This document shows, piece by piece, positions 38,407 to 48,041 of a stretch of 64,000 nt of DNA (position 1 is the stretch's first letter; each line of letters opens with the position of its first letter). Source of the stretch: Aureliella sp. (lineage in GTDB: Bacteria; Planctomycetota; Planctomycetia; Pirellulales; Pirellulaceae); assembly GCA_963691875.1 (NCBI GenBank), contig OY829846.1, positions 3,936,001 through 4,000,000 on the forward strand, given 5' to 3'. The position numbers and the translations under genes were made by a program. The notes beneath the pieces were generated by a model. It made no database searches, had not been told where the DNA came from, and was given only the letters and a program-made list of their open reading frames with translations.

Positions 38407-41400
38407 CTAGCCCGAGCGGAACGCCTGGCGGGCTTCGTGAATCCAGTTGATCTTCTTAGGCTTCGGCTTATCTTGGCCTGAGAGAGCAAGGGAGCGACCG
38501 CGACCGCTACGACTCTGCATCTCCGATTCGTACTGAGCTTCCGTGAGCCAATAGGCTTTCTGATTGTCCACGATTCTCAGACGACGATCGTGCATCTTCG
38601 CCAATTGCTCGATGCGTTGGCGGTTGCTGTAAGTCATCACCAAGTAGTTGTCCTCAACTTGCAAGGACTTCACGAACCACACAGCGGCGTCGATCTTAAT
38701 TTCGGCAACTTGCAACAACGTCTTAACCGCCTTGGGAATCTTCCCAAAGCGATCATTCAATTCATCTCGCATGTCGTCCAAATCCTTCACATCCGACATC
38801 CGACTAAGCCGTCGGTAGATGTCGATGCGATCTCGCAGAACTGGAACGTACTTCTCGGGTAAGAACGCCTGAACCGGCAAGTCAACTTCGACATCAACCG
38901 TCAGCTTAGGCGGCTGGTGCGTCAACTCCCGCACCGCATTCCCAAGCATCTGACAGTACAGCTCATAACCAATTGCGGCAATATGACCGCTCTGCTGCGT
39001 TCCAAGTAAGTTGCCCGCGCCGCGAATCTCAAGGTCACGCATCGCGATGCCAAAGCCGGCGCCGATCTGACTGTACTCTTCAATTGCATGTAATCTTCGA
39101 GCCGCATCGGGCGACAGATGCTTGTGACGATCGACGAGCAGATAGCAATAAGCTTGATTCTTATAGCGTCCAACCCGTCCGCGCAGCTGGTGTAACTCTG
39201 CAAGCCCATAACGATTGGCTTCGTCGACAAAAATCGTATTCGCATTCGGAATATCCAGTCCACTTTCGATGATCGTCGTCGCTAACAACAAGTCATACTT
39301 GTGCTCGATGAAGTCCACCATCACACGCTCAAGCTCGCCTTCAGCCATCTGACCGTGCCCAATAACCAGTCGAGCTTCAGGAACGATCTTGCGCAGTCGC
39401 GCTGCAACTTCTTCTATGTCTTGCACGCGATTGTGGACAAAGTAAATCTGTCCGCCACGATTGAGCTCTCTTAGCACGGCGTTGCGAATCAGAGTTTCAT
39501 CGAAACGTAAAGTGCGAGTTTCGACACTCAAGCGATCTTGCGGAGCCGTTTCCAGATTCGATATATCGCGCACACCCACCAAAGACATGTGCAGCGTCCG
39601 AGGAATCGGGGTCGCGGATAGGGTCAGAACATCCACATTGGATCGCATCTTCTTGAGACGCTCTTTGATCTCGACGCCGAAACGCTGCTCTTCGTCGATG
39701 ATCAGCAGGCCTAAGTTGTAGAACTTCATGTCCTTGGAAGCGATCCGATGCGTCCCGATGACAATGTCGACGCGGCCGCCTTTCAAGCCTTCCATCGTTT
39801 TCTTCTGCGCTTTGGTCGTGCAGAAGCGACTGAGTTTTTCGATATCAAACGGAAACTCGGCCATCCGAGCTCTGAAGGTCCTGTAGTGCTGTTCGGCGAG
39901 CACCGTTGTCGGCACCAGAACCGCTACTTGATATCCGCTGTCGATCGCTTTGAAAGCCGCACGCATGGCGACTTCTGTTTTGCCAAAGCCCACATCACCG
40001 CAGATCAATCGATCCATGGGCCGCGAGCGAGTCATATCGCCTTTGACGGATTCGATGGCACGTAACTGGTCTGGCGTCTCCACATACGAGAATGATGCAT
40101 CAAATTGACTTTGCCAGATACTGTCGTCGGCGAAAGTCACGCCAGGTTGGCTATTGCGGCGCGCCTGCAGCTCCAAGAGCTCGACCGCCATATCCTGCAC
40201 CGCCTTTTCAGCCGCCTTCTTCTGCCGTGCCCAGGATTGCCCTCCGATCTTGGCCAAACGCGGTTTACTCTTCGTTCCGCCGACATAGCGTTGGACGAGC
40301 TCGATCTTGGAGCTGGGCACGAAAATCTTAGTTCCGCCGTCGAATTCAATCACCAAATGCTCGAACTTCTGCCCGTGCTTCTCGAGCAACTCGGTACCTC
40401 GGTACACTCCAATCCCGTGGGACAAATGCACCACCAAGTCGCCTTGGCGCAAGTCCAGGAAACTGTCGATCGGCTTGCTCTTGGTGCGTTTCGTGATGCG
40501 ACGCACGTGGGACCGCCGTAACAGCTGGCCAGCCGTTAGAACCAAGACGCCAGTCGGCAGAACCTCGAAGCCGTGTTGCAGCTGACTGATGATCACATCG
40601 AGCCGAAATTCTTTGACGGCTTGGCAGCCGACAAGCAACTCTTTGAGCCGGTCTTGCTCGCCACCGTTCATGGCGATCACCAAGATACGCCTCTGGGCGC
40701 GAGCTTTGACTTCTTGTTTTGACAAAGCTAGAGGAGCAGGTGAGATGTCTTGGCGTTCTTCCGCTTCGAGATCCGGATTCGGTTCTGGGGGATCATTCGG
40801 GTGGGCTATGCCCTCGGACTCGTGACCTCGTCCAGTACCGCCAGATTCGTTTTCCTTCTCGGCTTGAGCCAGGGTCTGAGCCTCACACTGAGCATCGATG
40901 TCTTGCCCGAGTCGCTCCAGGTCACCACCAATGCGTTCCACGTTGCCCAGTGGCAATCGCACTAGTTCGCCAAGATAGCCTTCATCGGCAAGTTGGCTGC
41001 TATAGATCGTGGAATGCTCGGCGAGTCGAGCCCACACCGCATCCGGTGCGTCAAATCGCTCAGGAAAAGGAATCCGCTGCAAGAATGCTTCGCCAGCCGC
41101 ACTGATCGATGGCCGATCGTGGATCAGAACGAGTGTTTCCGGCGGAAGAAAGTCGAGCACCGAGCCATCCTGAGCCACCGATCCTTGAACGGCCAGCAGT
41201 TGAAGCGCCTTGCGCTTCTCGATGCTTCGCTGCGTCACAACGTCGAAACTACGCAGAGATTCAATTTCGTCGTCGAACAACTCGACGCGAATCGGCAAGC
41301 TTTCATCTGGCGGGAAGATGTCCAAGATTCCGCCACGCAATGCGAACTCTCCAGGCAACTGCACACTGGTCGTTGCGTGGTAGCCCGCCTCAAGCAACCA

Positions 41401-42156
41401 ACTCTTGAGCTTCGCCAAGTTGATTTGCTTGCCAGTCGAGAGGACTTGTTTATCAGAATCCAGCGACGTGGGACTCGGCACACTCTGCATCAAAGCGGGC
41501 AAAGTCGTGGTGACGATCGGCGAATCGACCGACTGTCCCGATGCAACATCCTGAGTGTACTTATAAAGCCGGCTCAGGACGTGCAAACGCTGAGCCGTCT
41601 CGCGGTGGGCGAGCGATTCCAGTTCGATTTCTTCGCTGCCAGGCGGGAAAGTATCGACCACAGAACCTGTTAGCTCCGCCAGTTCCGCACCAATCGATTC
41701 CGCTTCAGCGACTTGCGACAGAATGACGACTACAGGTTGCTTCGTCTTGTGAAGCCAAGCAGCCAGAAACGGCGGGACAGCGCCAGCCCACATGCCTTCG
41801 AGAGTGAGTCTTCCTGAGTCACTGATGCTATGATGGCTTTGTGCGAGCGCAGGTTGCTCTGCCAACTGAGCAATTGCGTCGCTCAGCTTCCATTCTTTGG
41901 CTTCCGCCGGATTTCCTCGGCGGATTTTCAGGATCGGTTTCTTGCGGCTCGCGGCAGAATCCTTCACGCTCGCGGCCTCGATAATTCCGTTTCGCCTAGC
42001 ATCATCACGCTCGATTTTACTTCGATGCTTCCTTTCCCAGTAGTGGACTGCGCTAGGAAGTCCAGGGCAAGTCGGAGCTTCAATCAATAAGCCAACAGCG
42101 CTAGCTGCGGGCCAGCGTTTTCTTGGTCGAGTCCGACGCTGTAGCGTTCGGCTCAC
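38407..42156 (-). CDS. mfd: Transcription-repair coupling factor
   Basis: UvrB-like PGEFALRGGILDIF; RID VVHLSHGIG; GDVGFGKTEVA, DEEQRFGV, SATPIPRT, QLRGRVGR; TRG motif DLEIRGAGNLLG. Start uncertain (in-frame GTG at 41967 is plausible). Confidence 0.95.
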   Translation of the reverse strand: MSRTLQRRTRPRKRWPAASAVGLLIEAPTCPGLPSAVHYWERKHRSKIERDDARRNGIIEAASVKDSAASRKKPILKIRRGNPAEAKEWKLSDAIAQLAEQPALAQSHHSISDSGRLTLEGMWAGAVPPFLAAWLHKTKQPVVVILSQVAEAESIGAELAELTGSVVDTFPPGSEEIELESLAHRETAQRLHVLSRLYKYTQDVASGQSVDSPIVTTTLPALMQSVPSPTSLDSDKQVLSTGKQINLAKLKSWLLEAGYHATTSVQLPGEFALRGGILDIFPPDESLPIRVELFDDEIESLRSFDVVTQRSIEKRKALQLLAVQGSVAQDGSVLDFLPPETLVLIHDRPSISAAGEAFLQRIPFPERFDAPDAVWARLAEHSTIYSSQLADEGYLGELVRLPLGNVERIGGDLERLGQDIDAQCEAQTLAQAEKENESGGTGRGHESEGIAHPNDPPEPNPDLEAEERQDISPAPLALSKQEVKARAQRRILVIAMNGGEQDRLKELLVGCQAVKEFRLDVIISQLQHGFEVLPTGVLVLTAGQLLRRSHVRRITKRTKSKPIDSFLDLRQGDLVVHLSHGIGVYRGTELLEKHGQKFEHLVIEFDGGTKIFVPSSKIELVQRYVGGTKSKPRLAKIGGQSWARQKKAAEKAVQDMAVELLELQARRNSQPGVTFADDSIWQSQFDASFSYVETPDQLRAIESVKGDMTRSRPMDRLICGDVGFGKTEVAMRAAFKAIDSGYQVAVLVPTTVLAEQHYRTFRARMAEFPFDIEKLSRFCTTKAQKKTMEGLKGGRVDIVIGTHRIASKDMKFYNLGLLIIDEEQRFGVEIKERLKKMRSNVDVLTLSATPIPRTLHMSLVGVRDISNLETAPQDRLSVETRTLRFDETLIRNAVLRELNRGGQIYFVHNRVQDIEEVAARLRKIVPEARLVIGHGQMAEGELERVMVDFIEHKYDLLLATTIIESGLDIPNANTIFVDEANRYGLAELHQLRGRVGRYKNQAYCYLLVDRHKHLSPDAARRLHAIEEYSQIGAGFGIAMRDLEIRGAGNLLGTQQSGHIAAIGYELYCQMLGNAVRELTHQPPKLTVDVEVDLPVQAFLPEKYVPVLRDRIDIYRRLSRMSDVKDLDDMRDELNDRFGKIPKAVKTLLQVAEIKIDAAVWFVKSLQVEDNYLVMTYSNRQRIEQLAKMHDRRLRIVDNQKAYWLTEAQYESEMQSRSGRGRSLALSGQDKPKPKKINWIHEARQAFRSG

Positions 42157-42335
42157 TTTTCATTGTGCGCTTCCTACTCCTGTTCGCGCTCGATCATCTC
42201 AGCCGAATGGCGTTAGCTGGCTAACGTTCTGCGGCTAAGATCGTGAAGCAGCCAAATGGCTGACGACTTCAGGTATCAACCCGTATCACTCTTTTCAACT
42301 AGCTGCTGGTAACGTCGAGGAACCACTCGCGAGCG

Positions 42336-42677
42336 ATGCTGGCGGAACGTGGCTTTGGCGATGCCAAGCTCTTCAGTAAATTAAGCCACTTGGTTGTTAT
42401 CGATCGTGCTGCTGGAAACAATCCGCCTGGGACGGATTATCCAATCACGGTGGGTGATGAAGGAAAAATCAAGCTGCCCTACACCGATCCCAAAATCGCC
42501 CAAGGGTAAGAGCTCTCGCCGCTCACCAACGCGGTACAACAAGCCTATCGCGATAACAAGATTCTGATTGATCCGGCGGTCAACGGCATCACAGTTGAAT
42601 TGCTCATGCGAGCCAACAAGCCGTGCGAGATCGAGAACTTGACTGAGGGCTCGAACGTCGACGCTCAGCCTAAGTAG
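42336..42677 (+). pseudogene. Remnant of a polysaccharide export (Poly_export/Wza-type) domain protein
   Basis: Manual translation: ..AGNNPPGTDYPITVGDEGKIKLPYTDPKIAQG*ELSPLTNAVQQAYRDNKILIDPAVNGITVELLMR..; in-frame TAA at 42507-42509. Confidence 0.65.
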
Positions 42678-42897
42678 ACAACTCCTGTGTAGCACTGGTG
42701 TTCGAAACGATCAATAGCTTGTTGTCAGCAGTATGCTGCCAGTAAGCCGAAGAGTTGGTGCAATCGCTTCGCGACCAATTCTTCGCGTCCAACTGTAATA
42801 TCGTTGGGAACACAACTTTCTCCACGATGTGAAAGCGGCTAATTGACCAAAGCATTGATAGGTCAATACCGCGCGAGGGGAGAAAATCGACTTAAGA

Positions 42898-43521
42898 CTA
42901 GACTCCAGCAACTTGCTCAGCGAAGGACCCGTGCTGGAGAAAATGATCCACTTGCATGGCGCAGGATTCTCGAACCAACACAGAGGAGTGAAAACCAGGA
43001 AGCATGATGTACTCCCGCGCCCCGGGCAATCGCGTGTTTTCAGGACGAACGACTAAGTCAGTTTCCGCCTGGATAATACCTAGCTCGTGGTCCGGATCGA
43101 TCTGCTGCTCAAGTGAATTGACGAAACTGTCTTCTGTGTCTTTGATTTGACACAGCGTCGTAGACAGCCATCCGAATACTGAAGCGAAGCGCGTCGCGAC
43201 GTGGGAACCACGATTGGGTGGACCAATCATCACAATACGCCCGAGCTTTTCTGGCTGATATTCTTGTAGCATCACCCGAATCAAAATGCTGCCCATGCTG
43301 TGCCCGACCAAGTGAAATTTAACTACCTCTGGGTTAGCCTCTATCGCTTCCGCTGCTTTGCGAAGTTTGGCAGCATGATGCTCGATTGTCTTCCAGATAC
43401 TGCGATAACCATAGTTGGTTACTTTGTAGCCGCGCTGACGTAACTTCCGGCAAAGCGGATACATCACGAGTCGATCTCCACAAAAGCCGTGAAGTGCGAG
43501 AATGGAATCGTTCGTTGACAT
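42898..43521 (-). CDS. Small alpha/beta hydrolase (lipase/PGAP1-like)
   Basis: LHGF, GHSMG, GPPNRGS, DLVV, FH. ATG at 43521 (MSTNDSILALHG) preferred; the track's upstream extension to 43767 does not look protein-like. Confidence 0.85.
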   Translation of the reverse strand: MSTNDSILALHGFCGDRLVMYPLCRKLRQRGYKVTNYGYRSIWKTIEHHAAKLRKAAEAIEANPEVVKFHLVGHSMGSILIRVMLQEYQPEKLGRIVMIGPPNRGSHVATRFASVFGWLSTTLCQIKDTEDSFVNSLEQQIDPDHELGIIQAETDLVVRPENTRLPGAREYIMLPGFHSSVLVRESCAMQVDHFLQHGSFAEQVAGV

Positions 43522-43948
43522 CTTCGAGATTTCATCTCCATCGTGGATCACAGAGCTGCCAGAGCAGGAACGAACCGCTGTATCGCAAAAATCAAGACGT
43601 CCGGCGGATGTTGACGAGGTCACAAATCCGGGAGCGGTGCTCCCTCCTGCAAAACCGGGCACGACTGCGTGCGACTGCTCTTTAAAACAAAGTTGCCTGA
43701 GTTCTACCTTAACTCTACTAACCGGATCTACAAGTTGCTTGGCGACAGTCAGGATGCTTTCCCACACCTACAAGCCTCATAGGTTGCCGTGAACTCCCCG
43801 GCCCAAGAGCCTGGCACACTTAGGCAATTCAACATCGGCCCCGCTCGCTTCCTTCGCCCTGACTAGCAAAAAGATAGATGCAATCACCGAGTGAATTATC
43901 TGCACACGGAAACTGTATCTTTCGAAAAAGTGCTGCAATACCCGCCAT

Positions 43949-43970
43949 TCTTGGGCGAATCTTGGGCGAA
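43949..43970. repeat. Perfect 11-bp tandem duplication (TCTTGGGCGAA)x2
   Basis: Read directly at 43949-43959 and 43960-43970 in a divergent intergenic region. Confidence 0.85.
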
Positions 43971-44111
43971 TAGAGAATGTAGGCTATCCGTGTTGATCTA
44001 GTCTCAAGGGCTCAGCTAGCTACAATTTAGCCTTCAAATCGTACGTTCAGCGACCGGAATCGACGGACGGAGTCTCGCTAACAGTCGCTCGTCTTTAAGA
44101 ATTGAACTGGA

Positions 44112-44720
44112 ATGGCAAAAGCAGCAAAAGGGAAAAAACAAGCGCCGACCGATAGTCATATCGTGATTGCAGATGGCGACGAGTTGAATCTGCATAACCG
44201 CCACTTGGCGGCCTTCCTGGCTTGGGTGGTCCCGGGCGCCGGCCACTATTATCAGCAGCGATATTTTAAGTCAGCCATTTTTTCCGCCAGTGTATTTAGT
44301 ACTTTTTTCATCGGCATGGTCATCGCCAATTTCAGCTGCGTTTACGCTGCTTGGAATGGCACGGAACGTCGCTGGCAATTTGCCTTGCAATCCGGTGTCG
44401 GCTTTGTAGCCATTCCTGCTGCGATTCAGGGCTACACATCACGTGGCGGCAACGACCCGATGCTGGGTTCGATGTTGACGGCCCCGAAAAACGTTCGGGA
44501 ACTTCACAAGCTCCATCGTGAAACGGCCTCAGGCTTTGACATGGGCACCTTGTACACGATGATCGCTGGACTACTCAACATCCTGGCCGTGTTTGACGCA
44601 TTCGCCGGTCCTTTGCCGCCTCCGGTTCCGAAGAAAAAAGGTGACCCGGATTCTGGAGAAGAAGAGAAATCCTCGGCCAAGCATGATCCACCGGACAATT
44701 CCTCGGTCGAATCCACCTAA
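44112..44720 (+). CDS. Planctomycete membrane protein (DUF6677-like)
   Basis: 202 aa. AAFLAWVVPGAGHYYQ and GTLYTMIAGLLNILAVFDA motifs. Confidence 0.8.
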   Translation: MAKAAKGKKQAPTDSHIVIADGDELNLHNRHLAAFLAWVVPGAGHYYQQRYFKSAIFSASVFSTFFIGMVIANFSCVYAAWNGTERRWQFALQSGVGFVAIPAAIQGYTSRGGNDPMLGSMLTAPKNVRELHKLHRETASGFDMGTLYTMIAGLLNILAVFDAFAGPLPPPVPKKKGDPDSGEEEKSSAKHDPPDNSSVEST

Positions 44721-44780
44721 GCTTGTTTTTCAACCTTTCTAACTATCCTTTCCCTATCCACCCTCTTCAGCAACGGAAAC

Positions 44781-44981
44781 ATGAACATGATCGTTAGCAT
44801 GTCCCTCGGGTACTTGTTCATGTATGTGCCATTGCTGATAGCAGTCGCCTTGGTCATTGGAGCGTCTCGACACGAGAAGAGGCATTTGATTTTTGACCAA
44901 GTTAAAAAGAACGCGGTTTGGATCACTTCCTTTATGTTGGGGATTTACGTCGTATTGCAAGTCGTATCCTGGCAGGTCTGA
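44781..44981 (+). CDS. Small two-TM membrane protein
   Basis: 66 aa. YVPLLIAVALVIGASRHE..WITSFMLGIYVVL; co-oriented between the DUF6677-like gene and trkA. Confidence 0.7.
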   Translation: MNMIVSMSLGYLFMYVPLLIAVALVIGASRHEKRHLIFDQVKKNAVWITSFMLGIYVVLQVVSWQV

Positions 44982-45023
44982 TTTACAGACGAACCAGAAT
45001 CGCACACATACGACTAAAGTCAG

Positions 45024-46370
45024 ATGAGAATCCTTGTTCTTGGCGCCGGTACCGTCGGTACTTGGATCGCCGATTTACTTTGCCTTTATCGTCACGATGT
45101 AACGGTAGTCGACAATGACCCACAGAATGTGGAGCGAATTAACGACGACTTAGATGTCAAAGCGATTGTTGGCTCCGCTTCGCAGTCTAGCGTTCTGTTC
45201 CAAGCCGGCGCTATGGGCTGCGATCTATGCATCGCTGTCACCGGGGTTGATGAAGTCAACGTGGTCGCCGCAAGTATGGCCAAATCCATGGGTGCTAAGC
45301 GTTCGGTGGCTCGTGTGTATGCACCTGTATTCCGCGACCTGAGCACTTTTGACTACCAGCGGCATTTTAATATCGACCGCATGCTCAGCCTCGAGCAACT
45401 AACTGCAATGGAATTAGCAAGAGCGATCCGCAATCCGGAAAGCATCACGCTGAAACACTTCGCACGAGGCCAGATTGAAGTCGCCGAGTTCGAGGTTACA
45501 CGAAAGAGTGATTCGCTGGGAATTGCCCTCAAACAGCTCGCCTGGGGAGACGGAGTACGACTTGGAACTCTGAAGAGAGGTAACAAAACCTGGATCGCTA
45601 GTGCAAATGATGAAATCAAATTGGGTGACTGGGTGAGCTTGCTTGGCAAGCCAGAACGCGTCGAGGCGATCAAAAAGAAGTTTGCTCAAGGCTCGCCCAA
45701 AAGGCAACACGTAGTGATCGCCGGCGGTGGCGAAACGGGATATCACTTGGCCAGGGCTTTGGATGACGACCAGCACAAGGTCTTGCTGCTGGAGTCAAAC
45801 GAAGAACGCTGCGACTACTTGGCATCACACCTCACACGAGCGACTGTGGTCTGCTCCGATGCCACCCGAAAGCAAACGCTTGAAGAGGAGAGGGTAGGGG
45901 CCTGCGACTATTTCGTCGCCTGCACTGGGCTAGATGAAAACAATATCATGGCCGGCTTGGAAGCCAAGGAACTTGGAGCCAAACAGATCATGGCCATTGT
46001 TGGCCGACCTGATTACGCGAGCATTGTCAGCAGACTAGGTATCGACAATGCAGTCAGCGAACGAGACGCCATGGCGCGGCAGATTCTCGGACTGCTCACC
46101 GATGGTCCCGTTCTGAGCAAGTTGCAGATGCCTGCTAGCGACGTTTTTGTGTTGGAAGTTGAAGTGGCCAAGAATGCACCGGTCACGCAATCTTCATTGG
46201 CCGAACTGAAACTGCCCGAAGGCGTACTGGTGGCAGCCGTTTTGCAAGAAGAATTCGTGCGTGTTCCCTCCGCGACCGACTCTCTGCCAATAGGCAGCAC
46301 GGCCCTGGTGCTTTCGGCCAAGAGTCAGCTGGAGCAAGTTTCTGCGGCTTTCACTGGGCGCGAGGAATAA
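45024..46370 (+). CDS. trkA: Trk potassium uptake NAD-binding subunit
   Basis: 448 aa with two RCK_N/RCK_C pairs: MRILVLGAGTVG and VVIAGGGETG. Confidence 0.95.
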   Translation: MRILVLGAGTVGTWIADLLCLYRHDVTVVDNDPQNVERINDDLDVKAIVGSASQSSVLFQAGAMGCDLCIAVTGVDEVNVVAASMAKSMGAKRSVARVYAPVFRDLSTFDYQRHFNIDRMLSLEQLTAMELARAIRNPESITLKHFARGQIEVAEFEVTRKSDSLGIALKQLAWGDGVRLGTLKRGNKTWIASANDEIKLGDWVSLLGKPERVEAIKKKFAQGSPKRQHVVIAGGGETGYHLARALDDDQHKVLLLESNEERCDYLASHLTRATVVCSDATRKQTLEEERVGACDYFVACTGLDENNIMAGLEAKELGAKQIMAIVGRPDYASIVSRLGIDNAVSERDAMARQILGLLTDGPVLSKLQMPASDVFVLEVEVAKNAPVTQSSLAELKLPEGVLVAAVLQEEFVRVPSATDSLPIGSTALVLSAKSQLEQVSAAFTGREE

Positions 46371-46376
46371 TCGGTC

Positions 46377-47948
46377 ATGAACTACCGATTACTTAGCCGA
46401 ACTCTCGGTATCATTTGCTTGTTACTTGCGGTGAGCATGCTGTTCTCGCTGCCCTGGGCGATCCCTAGCCTTGGCTGGCGTGGGCAATTGCCTGAACCAA
46501 AAGAAACACCGCAGTTTGAGTTCCGTGGTTTCACCAGCCTCGTAGCCAGCAGTGTCATTTCAGCCTTGGTCGGCATCACGCTTATCTGGGCTGGTCGTGG
46601 AAGCCGAGGCCAAACGTTGTTTCGCAAAGAAGCTATGGCCACCGTAGGGCTGACTTGGATTCTTGCGACCATTCTCGGCGCAATGCCCTACCTACTCAGT
46701 GGTACACAAGTCGCCGAGGGTCAGCGAATCTCGTTTGTTGACGCGTTGTTCGAAGCGCAGTCTGGATTCAGCACTACCGGTGCCACCATTCTGACGCAAC
46801 TTGAAGATCCAGCCATGGTGCCGCATTGCATTCTATTCTGGAGAAGCAGCACACACTTTCTAGGTGGGCTCGGAATTGTAGTGCTACTGGTTGCTATTCT
46901 TGGTCAAGAAGCGGGTGGCAAGGCAATGATGCGCGCCGAAGTAACTGGGCCAACCAAGGACATTCAGTTTAGTCGCATGCAACAAATGGCTGTTGTGTTT
47001 GCCAGTATTTACATTCTACTCAACTTGGTCCTCGCCATGATCTTTTGGATTAGCGGCATGTCCTTGTTCGACGCACTATGCCATGCCTTCGCAACGTTGG
47101 CGACAGGTGGCTTTAGCACTTACAACGCAAGTCTTGGGCACTTCGACAGTCCGTGGATCGAGTATGTGGCGATTCTATTTATGATCCTAGCAGGTACAAA
47201 CTTTGTGTTGCTGCTATTCGCAGCTAGAGGACACTGGAAGAAACTTTGGCAGGATACGGAATGGAAAGTCTATATTTCAATCCTGAGCATCGTTAGTATC
47301 GCGGTCATCATCTTTGGGCAGATCAACAAAGATTTCCTAAACCTAGGCACCGCGATTCGAGACGCAGTTTTCCAAGTGGTCTCCATCATGACTACCACTG
47401 GATTCGCGACGGCGGACTACGACGTCTGGAACAACTTTGGCCGAGGCGTCTTGATTCTGCTCATGTTCGTCGGCGGATGTGCCGGTAGCACAGGTGGCGG
47501 CATGAAAGTCATCCGTCACGTCCTACTGGCGAAGATATTGCGGCTAGAACTTGAGCTGTCGTACCACCCCAAGGTAGTTCGTCCCTTGCGAATCAATGGG
47601 CAAACTGTCGATGGAAATGACCTGCGCAAAACGATTCTGGTTTACTTTGGGCTGGTAGCGGCAATCTTTGCTTGCAGTTGGCTAGTACTTATCACCATCG
47701 AACCAGATCGCCAGTGGGTAAGCGGTGCGACAGCCGAGCTTGACCACAAGTTGCTTGATTGTGCGAGTGCCATCGCTGCGACTCTACACAACATCGGTCC
47801 GGGCTATGGTGTTGTCGGACCAACGGCCAACTACCAAGGGTTTTCGGACGCCAGCAAGCTACTGTTTGTCTTCCTGATGATGCTCGGCCGCTTAGAGCTG
47901 TTCAGCGTGCTAGTGCTGTTTGTGCCAGCATTTTGGCGGAAGATTTAG
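46377..47948 (+). CDS. trkH: Trk potassium uptake membrane subunit
   Basis: 523 aa. Pore motifs SGFSTTGAT, ATGGFS, TTTGF, HNIGPG; GGCAGSTGGGMK; MMLGRLE. Confidence 0.95.
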   Translation: MNYRLLSRTLGIICLLLAVSMLFSLPWAIPSLGWRGQLPEPKETPQFEFRGFTSLVASSVISALVGITLIWAGRGSRGQTLFRKEAMATVGLTWILATILGAMPYLLSGTQVAEGQRISFVDALFEAQSGFSTTGATILTQLEDPAMVPHCILFWRSSTHFLGGLGIVVLLVAILGQEAGGKAMMRAEVTGPTKDIQFSRMQQMAVVFASIYILLNLVLAMIFWISGMSLFDALCHAFATLATGGFSTYNASLGHFDSPWIEYVAILFMILAGTNFVLLLFAARGHWKKLWQDTEWKVYISILSIVSIAVIIFGQINKDFLNLGTAIRDAVFQVVSIMTTTGFATADYDVWNNFGRGVLILLMFVGGCAGSTGGGMKVIRHVLLAKILRLELELSYHPKVVRPLRINGQTVDGNDLRKTILVYFGLVAAIFACSWLVLITIEPDRQWVSGATAELDHKLLDCASAIAATLHNIGPGYGVVGPTANYQGFSDASKLLFVFLMMLGRLELFSVLVLFVPAFWRKI

Positions 47949-48041
47949 GTTGGAGTCAAGGTATCGTTTGACGCCCAGCCGTAGGCGCCGGCTTGCTCTG
48001 GTATGATCGCTTGTACATATTCGCTCACCTACTCGATCCGC

